From Candidatus Iainarchaeum sp. (GTDB lineage: Archaea; B1Sed10-29; WALL01): a stretch of 21,099 nucleotides of DNA. Below, piece after piece: positions 8,402-15,860 of this stretch. The stretch lies in assembly GCA_021162685.1 (NCBI GenBank), contig JAGGYF010000043.1:1-21099 (forward strand). Reading direction: 5' to 3'. How positions within the stretch are numbered: the stretch's first letter is position 1; every line of letters begins with the position of its first letter. Position numbers and translations under genes: made by a program. Under the pieces are notes generated by a model, which worked only from the letters and a program-made list of their open reading frames with translations, did not search any database and had not been told where the DNA came from.

Positions 8402-9307
8402 ATGCATACTAGTATATCAAAATGGCTCGGTATAACAGAACAACAATTAGAGATCATAAAAGCTGTGCAAAAACTGCAGTTAAACAATGAGAAAACAACC
8501 CCAAAAAGGATAGAAGAACAATACAAAAAGACAACTGGAAAGCACATACAAAAACCGAATCTATTTAACCAGTTAAGAACGCTTGTTGAGAAAGGGATAC
8601 TTTCTAGAACAGATAGTGCGGAGTATATCATTTCATATAATAACATAAAGTATGAAATACTGAAAACAAAGCAAATACTTTCTGATGAGATAAAGGAGAT
8701 AGAAAAAGCAAACTTGGATATAGAGTCATTCATGAGGAAGATATCTAGTACACCATTGAGACCCATACTTAGATATTATAATGAGAGCGAGTTTTATGAT
8801 GAACTAGCAAAGCTTATTCAGTCAGCAGACGCATTCTATTGTACAACAAAGTTTCCTGCTGTGACATTTGCTAGTATTATCAACGAGGGAGGATGGGATT
8901 ACTACAAGGTGTTATACAAGAGAGCAATTATTGATAAAGACCTTGAAGTTTTTTATTTAACAGACTTTACTGTCAAAAATCTTCTACATTTCGTCAAGAT
9001 GCTTAGAAAGAAAGATGCAGCAAGACCTATAGTAACTAGGCTCTCCAATGTGTTAAAGGAATGTCCAAATATACATATAAATTATGTTCCTAATATGTAT
9101 GGCATGGACATTGCAATGCCAGAGCAGGGCTTTCCAAAAACATTTTTTGTTATGATAAGGGATTCAGATATGTATACTACAGGGGGCCTCTACATAGATT
9201 CTCCAGAGATAGCAACTGATGTGAAAGGACTTTTCCTAAGGAACTTTGAGAAGGGGAAACCAGTAACCTCAAGGGTTTTGAGCAGTGTAATGGGGCTGAT
9301 TGGTTAG
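8402..9307 (+). CDS. TrmB-like transcriptional regulator (N-terminal wHTH, linker helix, C-terminal effector-binding domain)
   Basis: LGITEQQLEII...NLFNQLRTLVEKGILSR wHTH, a coiled-coil linker, then ELAKLIQSA..FYC and GLYIDSPEIA..VKGLF..NFEKG, typical of the TrmB C-terminal PLD-like fold. Confidence 0.75.
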   Translation: MHTSISKWLGITEQQLEIIKAVQKLQLNNEKTTPKRIEEQYKKTTGKHIQKPNLFNQLRTLVEKGILSRTDSAEYIISYNNIKYEILKTKQILSDEIKEIEKANLDIESFMRKISSTPLRPILRYYNESEFYDELAKLIQSADAFYCTTKFPAVTFASIINEGGWDYYKVLYKRAIIDKDLEVFYLTDFTVKNLLHFVKMLRKKDAARPIVTRLSNVLKECPNIHINYVPNMYGMDIAMPEQGFPKTFFVMIRDSDMYTTGGLYIDSPEIATDVKGLFLRNFEKGKPVTSRVLSSVMGLIG

Positions 9308-9330
9308 AAATATAATCACAAAAGAAATCC

Positions 9331-9380
9331 TTTTAAATATCAATGATTTAAAAACTAAGAGGCCTTGTTCTCTTGGTTTT
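9331..9380 (+). promoter_or_regulatory. TATA box within an inverted repeat, followed by a hairpin, upstream of ileS
   Basis: TTTTAAAT-N7-ATTTAAAA (9331-9353), then AAAACTAAGAG-N8-CTCTTGGTTTT (9351-9380; 11 pairs including one U-G). Confidence 0.45.
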
Positions 9381-9391
9381 AGGGTGCTTCT

Positions 9392-12178
9392 ATGGACGAG
9401 CAAGAGGTCATAAACTATTGGAATGAGCACAACATACCAAAGAAGGTTTTGGACATCAATAAAGGGAAAAAGAAATTCTATTTTTTGGATGGTCCTCCTT
9501 ATGCAACTGGAAACATACATATGGGTACTGCTTTGAATAAGATTCTCAAGGATTACTATCTTAGATATTTTAGGATGAGGGGATATGACGTTTGGTGTCA
9601 GCCGGGTTATGATTGTCATGGTCTGCCAATAGAGAATAAGGTGGAGAAGAAATTAGGCATACGTGGAAAGGAAGAGATTGAGCAGAAGGTAGGTGTGAAG
9701 GCATTTATTGAGGAATGCAAACACTTCGCAACACAGTATATAGATGTTATGAGTCAACAGTTCAATGATCTCGGCGTGTGGATGCACTGGGATAATCCTT
9801 ACTTAACTCTCCACAAAAGTTACATGGAAGGAGCATGGTATACATTCAAAAAAACATTTGAGAAAGGGCTGCTATACAAGGGAAAGTATCCAGTCCACGT
9901 TTGTCCAAGATGCGAAACAGTTGTAGCATACAACGAGATAGAGTATGAGACAAGAGAGGACACTGCAGTATATGTTAAGTTTAAGTTAAAGGGCAAAGAC
10001 AACGACTATCTGCTCATATGGACAACTACTCCTTGGACATTACCCGCAAATACTGGTGTCATGGTTCATCCAAAATATGAATACGCAAAAGTAGAAACAA
10101 TGGCAGGAAACCTTTGGATTGCTAAGGAGTTGGTTCCAACAGTTATGGAAAAACTTGAGATGGGCTACAAAATTTTAGAAGTTGTTAAGGGCAAGGACAT
10201 GGAAGGATGGGAATACGAACATCCAATGGATATCCCATTGCAGAAAGGCATACAAGGAAGGGTTGTTCTCTCAGATAGATTTGTAAACCTAGAAGACGGA
10301 ACGGGATTAGTACATTGTGCTCCTGGGCATGGAATGGAGGACTATCTAGTAGGAAAAGAGAACGGGCTGGCACAATTAAGTCCACTGGGATTAGATGGTA
10401 GATTTGATGATAGCGTTGGAAAGTATGCAGGCATGTTTGCAAAGGATGCTGATGATGTTATTATTGAGGATTTGAGAAAGGAAGGATATCTGCTAAAAGC
10501 AGAGCGTTTTTCTCACGAATATCCGATGTGTTGGAGATGCAATTCTCCCCTGCTTTTCATTTCTGTGCCGCAGTGGTTCTTCAAGATTGATAAAGAGAAA
10601 TTAATAGAAGCGAACAAAAAGGCAAATTGGGTACCAAAATGGGCAGGTAAGCGATTTGAAAACTGGTTGGAGTCACTGAGTGATTGGCCCATAAGCAGAC
10701 AGCGCTATTGGGGTATACCTCTACCCATATGGGTATGTGATAAATGTGATAAGGTCAAGGTTGTGGGTTCAGCGAAGGAACTTGGTGTAGACCTTGATGA
10801 TTTACATAAGCCGGGCATTGATGAAGTAACACTACAATGCGAATGTGGAGGCACGATGAGAAGAGTACCAGATGTACTAGATGTTTGGTTTGATTCAGGT
10901 GTGGCTCCGTGGGCATCCCTTGGCTACCCTAACCAAAAGGAACCATTTGAATCCATGTGGCCAGTGGATTTTGTTCTAGAAGGGCCAGACCAAACAAGGG
11001 GTTGGTGGAATTCATTGACGATCTGTGGAGTTATAACTTTTGATAGGGTGCCGTTTGAGAATGTATTGCAGCATGGATTGGTTCTGTCAGAGAAAGGAGT
11101 GAAGATGAGCAAGAGCAAAGGAAATGCCATTGAGCCAGAGGAAGTAATTGAGAAATATTCAAGGGACTTATTAAGATACCTCTTCTTGAGGTATGATCCG
11201 TCTTTGGATATAGACTTTTCCTGGGACAAAGCCAAGGAACTACAAAAGTTCTTCACAATCCTTGACAATGTATTTAACTTTTTCACATTGTACTGTAAGA
11301 AAAGCGAGAATTTTGAGAATATGAAACCAGAGGACATTTGGATTATCTCCAAGGTTAATTCGCTTCTAAAGCAAGTTGATGAATACAACAAAACATTCCA
11401 GGGATATAAATCCATCCAAGCCATAGAAAACTTTGTGATAAATGATCTGAGCAGATGGTATATAAAGCTGATAAGAAATAGAACGTGGCCAACATATGAG
11501 GGCAAGGACAAAGAGGCGGCATTTGCTACACTTTATTATGTTCTGAATAGAGTCGCACTCATGCTTGCACCAGCCCTTCCACACAAAACAGAAATGTATA
11601 ACCTAGGTGTTTTTGGATATGAGACAATCCATGCACAGATGCTACCCGAACCTGAAAAAATAGACGAAACAATTGAGAGACAGATGGATATCGTGAGGGA
11701 GATAGTTGAGGCAGTTAACAGTGCAAGGGCAGATGCGAAGATAAAACTTAGGTGGCCTGTAGAGAAACTTGTTGTTGTTACTGATAACGAAGAGGTGAGG
11801 AAAACCGTTGGAGAGTTGAGCGAGTTACTGATGAATGTATGTAATGTGAAGCACATATCCCTAAATGAAGAGTTTGAAGGCACTACCTCAGAATTCTCCT
11901 CTGGAAAAGTCATAATATCAAAGAAACCTATAATGGAAGAGGCATTAGCTTCAGATGTTATCAGACAAATACAAGCAATGAGGAAAAAGGCAGGATTAAA
12001 GGTCGGAGACGAGATAAAATTAATTATTTCTGGCCATGAACTTCTTGATAAGATAAAACCGCGCGTTGTTGATAAAGTAAATGCAAAAGAGTATATTGTT
12101 GGAGAAGTTTCAGGAGAGCAGACAGCAGAAATAGATTTCATGGGGAAGACCATAAAAATAGGATTTTCAAGGGTTTAG
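9392..12178 (+). CDS. ileS: Isoleucine--tRNA ligase (archaeal type)
   Basis: FLDGPPYATGNIHMGT (HIGH variant), PGYDCHGLP, editing-domain WTTTPWT and GTGLVHCAPGHG, DWPISRQRYWG, VLDVWFDSG, EGPDQTRGW, KMSKS, SRWYIKLIR. Confidence 0.99.
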   Translation: MDEQEVINYWNEHNIPKKVLDINKGKKKFYFLDGPPYATGNIHMGTALNKILKDYYLRYFRMRGYDVWCQPGYDCHGLPIENKVEKKLGIRGKEEIEQKVGVKAFIEECKHFATQYIDVMSQQFNDLGVWMHWDNPYLTLHKSYMEGAWYTFKKTFEKGLLYKGKYPVHVCPRCETVVAYNEIEYETREDTAVYVKFKLKGKDNDYLLIWTTTPWTLPANTGVMVHPKYEYAKVETMAGNLWIAKELVPTVMEKLEMGYKILEVVKGKDMEGWEYEHPMDIPLQKGIQGRVVLSDRFVNLEDGTGLVHCAPGHGMEDYLVGKENGLAQLSPLGLDGRFDDSVGKYAGMFAKDADDVIIEDLRKEGYLLKAERFSHEYPMCWRCNSPLLFISVPQWFFKIDKEKLIEANKKANWVPKWAGKRFENWLESLSDWPISRQRYWGIPLPIWVCDKCDKVKVVGSAKELGVDLDDLHKPGIDEVTLQCECGGTMRRVPDVLDVWFDSGVAPWASLGYPNQKEPFESMWPVDFVLEGPDQTRGWWNSLTICGVITFDRVPFENVLQHGLVLSEKGVKMSKSKGNAIEPEEVIEKYSRDLLRYLFLRYDPSLDIDFSWDKAKELQKFFTILDNVFNFFTLYCKKSENFENMKPEDIWIISKVNSLLKQVDEYNKTFQGYKSIQAIENFVINDLSRWYIKLIRNRTWPTYEGKDKEAAFATLYYVLNRVALMLAPALPHKTEMYNLGVFGYETIHAQMLPEPEKIDETIERQMDIVREIVEAVNSARADAKIKLRWPVEKLVVVTDNEEVRKTVGELSELLMNVCNVKHISLNEEFEGTTSEFSSGKVIISKKPIMEEALASDVIRQIQAMRKKAGLKVGDEIKLIISGHELLDKIKPRVVDKVNAKEYIVGEVSGEQTAEIDFMGKTIKIGFSRV

Positions 12179-12217
12179 CTTACAAAGTTTTATATATCTT
12201 TTTGCAAAAATACTACT

Positions 12218-13468
12218 ATGCCATTCAAAAAAATGCCAAAAGAAAGACTTGTCAATGCAGCAATGCACCCAAGTGCAACAAGAAAGTTCCTCAGGAAGTT
12301 CCATGAATACGGCAAGAAAAACGGCTGGTTTCCAGAACTACCAAAAGACATAAAAGAAGAAGAGCTTGGAAGATGGATGCGAAAAAACACAACTCTTTCT
12401 GACAAAGAACTCGTGGAGAAGATGAGGGAATGGGTACATGATTATACAAGTGTGAAGATAATATCCGAGGAGTTCCCTGAATTGAATAAAATCTGTGAGT
12501 TACTAACACAAATGTTAACAACACCTCCACGAAAAACCCTATCTGCATTCCTTCAAACGCATCACGCTGACTGCATGGCAATGTCAACTGCATTGGGAGA
12601 GATGGCAAGAGAGATGGGATTTGATGTTGAGTATCGTGTTGTTGATAGAGAAGGTATTGACACAACTAAACTAACAGAGGAGGAAAAGAGACGTATTGAA
12701 CGGCAAGGGGACAATCATGCATACGTTGTCATTAATGGGGAACAGCATGACCCCTCACTAAATTTTTCATACACAAATCATGAAGAAAAGCCACAGACAA
12801 GGGAAGAGCGTGCAGCAATGATATGGACAAATCACGGAGCCATTTTAAGTCTTATGGGAAAACATGAAAAGGCTTTGACCGCGCATGACATTGCATTAGA
12901 AATAAATCCAAACGATGCACTAGCATGGAACAACAAGGGCGTTACACTTCATGAAATTGGCAGATATGAAGAAGCCCTTGAATACTTCGACAAAGCATTA
13001 AAAATAGAGCCAAAATTTGCAAAAGCATTAATCGGCAAAGGTATTGTACTTTCTAAAATGGGTAGATATAAAAAGGCCATTAAACACTTCGACAAAGCCT
13101 TAAAAATAAATCCAAGATATGCAGAGGCATGGGCCAAAAAAGGAGCTACACTTTGTATGATGGGTAGATACAAAAAGGCCATTAAACACTTCGACAAAGC
13201 CTTAAAAATAAATCCAAACAACGCAGAAGCATGGTACAACAAAGGTATTGCACTTTCTAAAATGGGCAGACATGAAGAAGCCCTTAAAACCGTTGAAGAA
13301 GCACTCAAGAGGATTCCAGAGGGCCATCCTTTAAGAAACAATATTGAATATGCAAGAGACGAAATTAAGAAACGAACAAAGAGCTCACCAAAGATAGGAA
13401 AAGTCAAAAAGCAGAAAAAACGAGGTAGTTTTTTGAAGAGGCTCAGTAACTATTTTAATATGCGATAG
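12218..13468 (+). CDS. Transglutaminase-like (papain-fold) domain fused to five TPR motifs
   Basis: Putative triad ADC(M), NH(AYV) and HD(PS), followed by 34-aa TPR units (AWNNKG..L...GRYEEAL..FDKAL.I.P). TATA-like TTTTATATA at 12188-12196. Confidence 0.85.
   Translation: MPFKKMPKERLVNAAMHPSATRKFLRKFHEYGKKNGWFPELPKDIKEEELGRWMRKNTTLSDKELVEKMREWVHDYTSVKIISEEFPELNKICELLTQMLTTPPRKTLSAFLQTHHADCMAMSTALGEMAREMGFDVEYRVVDREGIDTTKLTEEEKRRIERQGDNHAYVVINGEQHDPSLNFSYTNHEEKPQTREERAAMIWTNHGAILSLMGKHEKALTAHDIALEINPNDALAWNNKGVTLHEIGRYEEALEYFDKALKIEPKFAKALIGKGIVLSKMGRYKKAIKHFDKALKINPRYAEAWAKKGATLCMMGRYKKAIKHFDKALKINPNNAEAWYNKGIALSKMGRHEEALKTVEEALKRIPEGHPLRNNIEYARDEIKKRTKSSPKIGKVKKQKKRGSFLKRLSNYFNMR
13036..13266 (+). 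repeat. Near-identical nucleotide repeats between TPR units (102-nt register)
   Basis: 13058-13115 vs 13160-13217: 57/58 identical. 13036-13062 vs 13240-13266: 26/27 identical. Confidence 0.9.
13453..13460 (+). promoter_or_regulatory. Putative TATA box for the C/D sRNA, inside the 3' end of the TPR gene
   Basis: TTTTAATA ends about 21 nt upstream of the sRNA terminal stem. Confidence 0.55.
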
Positions 13469-13481
13469 ACAATAACATATC

Positions 13482-13547
13482 GCGCGGATGAAGAGCCCTA
13501 TGAGTGATGAGCATTTGCGATGATTACAGACGGGCGGTCTGACGCGC
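13482..13547 (+). ncRNA. Archaeal box C/D 2'-O-methylation guide sRNA; predicted targets 16S rRNA C1402 and pre-tRNA-Met(CAU) C34
   Basis: Terminal stem GCGCG/CGCGC; box C AUGAAGA (13488-94); 12-nt guide; D' AUGA (13507-10); short stem-loop; C' AUGAUUA (13520-26); 12-nt guide; D CUGA (13539-42). Both K-turns have 3-nt GAU bulges. It fills the GC-rich gap between two convergent genes. Confidence 0.95.
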
Positions 13548-13548
13548 A

Positions 13549-15822
13549 CTATTTGGGTTTTCCAAGTCTTATGCGATGTTCTTTTCCGCCGTATTTTATT
13601 ACTATCCCCCTCTTTCCTGTGAGGACATCAATAATAATATTCCTATACATAACCACAATTATGATAACACCAATAGAAATGATGAGAACAAATAATAGAA
13701 AGACAATGAGGAAACCCATAACTATGCCTTCATAGTTAGGCCCTTTTGTTTCGTTCATCTGTTCAGTAATATTTACCTCCTCTACGGTTTCGTTTTCTAT
13801 GGTAATATTCTCCTCTTTTGTTTCGTTTGTTACATTTTCTACAACTTCCTCTTTTGGTTCCTCCTCATATGTTGCTAGGATAGGATCCTCAAATGAGACC
13901 TGTTCAACATTCTTATTGACCTCATAGCTTACTTCTTCAACCTCTCCTGGTTTTAGCTCCAATTTCCATACAACTACTGGATCAAGGGAGACAATTTTTG
14001 TAGGAAGAGGTGAGAACAGAACAGAAGGCTTTACACACCTCTGCTCGCACTGTTGTACATATGTACTATTATCAATCTTTTTAGAGCAGTCATCACAGCG
14101 TTTAGATTTAACAATTGCATCTACGATGCACTCATAGGAGTTATTACATGCCTCAATCATCTTGTCAAGTTCTGCCTCTGTGGTTAAGTTATAGATCTCA
14201 TCCAGATAAGGCGAAAGATTCTCTATTATCTCCTTACTTATATTCTCAGTGATCTCTACCCATACCTTCTTATCCTTCGTATTCTTCACAACCAAAGATA
14301 CTTTTGATCTGCCGCCATAGTCAATATACCTTCTGACACTTACCTTATCCTCTGGAAATGCAATAGAAGGAACACTTACACTGATGCTTTTGGAGATGCT
14401 CCCATAGTTTGTTTTGAATACAATCTTTAATGTGTAGTTCCCTGGCCGTATGTACCTTTTAGGCGTTACAATCACATGGAATGTTTCATTTTTGTATACC
14501 CCAACGTCCTTGTATTCAGAAGGAGTAACCATAAAGTGCTCATATGCTCCTTCTTCTTCAACATCTACCTTTCCTCTTACCACGATATCATTTGTGTTGT
14601 TTATCACCACAGTTATGTTTTCTGCTTCCTTTAATCCTATCTCAATAGACGTTTCATTTCCCACCGAGATAAAGTTTAATTTTTTTGTTACATTTGCAAT
14701 GGGTTGTACTGCCTCTTCTTTGTAATATTTTATGTTGCTCACATTCAGGTCTAGTTCCAATGTTTTGCTTAATCCGTATTTTCCGGAGACAGTTAGAACA
14801 ATTTTGTACAAACTTGTATTTGATGGTGCTTTAAACGAAAAATGATAATAACCATCACTTCTTATATCGTCCTCCTCTTCTATCAGGACCGTATCATCCT
14901 TTTTTACTTTCATTTTTACGAGCGGATATGTGTCATCATAAAACTGCCCAATTGTTTTTCCTGTATCATAAAAGACATAACCATCAAGATACATACTTGT
15001 GTTCCCTTTCACCTTTTTTATCTCCTCTATTGGCCGTTTGTATCCAAAATACTCTATAGCATATAAACTCGCGTTCATCTCTATGCTCCTTACAAAATAG
15101 ACATTATTTATTGTTGCGTTGAAATACCAATCTGGTGGGGACGTGCCTTCTACAAATATTGTGTATAATGTGGCATACGTCTGAGTTGAATAATTTTCTG
15201 TACAGTTTTCCTGCCCATCACAACTATCTAGTTTCACCTTTGCACATTTTGTTATATCTACCGTGGCACTTCCTCCTGTGTAATTCCCTTCTGCGCATGT
15301 TCCGTTGCTGTTATATATTTTATATGTACCATTGACAAAAGAAGATTCTTTGCCTCCCGACAATTTAGCTCTAATATTCAGTTTGATGCTTTCGTTATCT
15401 GTTGCAGGAGTAAATGTGAAATTTGCTTTTAATCCTATCATATCTGGTACTTTACACTTCACGTATGTGCTTGCAATTGTATCTCCCTCATGGTCTACTT
15501 CTGCATCAACCCAGGTGTATGCACCAAATGTTTGGTTTGAGAGCATCTTTGCAGTAACTGTTTTTGAAATAGAGGAGTTGGCAGTCAGATTAGTTAATTC
15601 AAAATAAACCCTCTTTTTTCCGTCTACTGTCATTACTGATGCATTTGTGTCAACTGAAAGCGTGAAATTTGCAGTTTCATTCCCAGTATTCTTCACAGTT
15701 ATTGTAAAGGATACAGAATCTCCTGGTAGCAGCAATTGTGTAGTGCTTGGACTCATAGAAACTGTTGCAGATGCTGCTAATACTGTGCTGACCAGCAAGA
15801 CAACATAGAGCAGGCGTTTCAT
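13549..15822 (-). CDS. Membrane-anchored cell-surface protein with Ig-like (CARDB/NEW3-like) domains, probably N-glycosylated
   Basis: Signal peptide MKRLLYVVLLVSTVLAASA; PGDSVSFTITVKNTGN and PGNYTLKIVF Ig-like strands; many N-x-S/T sequons; Glu-rich stalk; C-terminal TM helix and basic tail. Confidence 0.85.
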   Translation of the reverse strand: MKRLLYVVLLVSTVLAASATVSMSPSTTQLLLPGDSVSFTITVKNTGNETANFTLSVDTNASVMTVDGKKRVYFELTNLTANSSISKTVTAKMLSNQTFGAYTWVDAEVDHEGDTIASTYVKCKVPDMIGLKANFTFTPATDNESIKLNIRAKLSGGKESSFVNGTYKIYNSNGTCAEGNYTGGSATVDITKCAKVKLDSCDGQENCTENYSTQTYATLYTIFVEGTSPPDWYFNATINNVYFVRSIEMNASLYAIEYFGYKRPIEEIKKVKGNTSMYLDGYVFYDTGKTIGQFYDDTYPLVKMKVKKDDTVLIEEEDDIRSDGYYHFSFKAPSNTSLYKIVLTVSGKYGLSKTLELDLNVSNIKYYKEEAVQPIANVTKKLNFISVGNETSIEIGLKEAENITVVINNTNDIVVRGKVDVEEEGAYEHFMVTPSEYKDVGVYKNETFHVIVTPKRYIRPGNYTLKIVFKTNYGSISKSISVSVPSIAFPEDKVSVRRYIDYGGRSKVSLVVKNTKDKKVWVEITENISKEIIENLSPYLDEIYNLTTEAELDKMIEACNNSYECIVDAIVKSKRCDDCSKKIDNSTYVQQCEQRCVKPSVLFSPLPTKIVSLDPVVVWKLELKPGEVEEVSYEVNKNVEQVSFEDPILATYEEEPKEEVVENVTNETKEENITIENETVEEVNITEQMNETKGPNYEGIVMGFLIVFLLFVLIISIGVIIIVVMYRNIIIDVLTGKRGIVIKYGGKEHRIRLGKPK

Positions 15823-15832
15823 GGTTTTTTCT

Positions 15833-15852
15833 ACGCATAATGCATATTTAAA
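15833..15852 (-). promoter_or_regulatory. TATA (TTTAAAT on -) immediately followed by pseudo-palindrome ATGCA-TTA-TGCGT
   Basis: Palindrome at 15833-15845, 10 nt from ATG 15822. Same motif and spacing as at 5502-5514. Confidence 0.6.
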
Positions 15853-15860
15853 TGCTATTA

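Noticed and set aside
13036-13266. Near-identical repeats as a DGR template/variable pair or CRISPR array
   Set aside because: They are in-frame 102-nt TPR units with only single mismatches. There is no reverse transcriptase, cas gene or unique-spacer pattern in the window.
13529-13538. 16S rRNA fragment or 1392R primer contamination
   Set aside because: Only 10 nt, antisense, and positioned exactly as a D-box guide within a complete C/D RNA.
13520-13735. 71-aa + strand ORF
   Set aside because: Its ATG is part of box C' of the sRNA, and the rest is antisense to the surface-protein gene.
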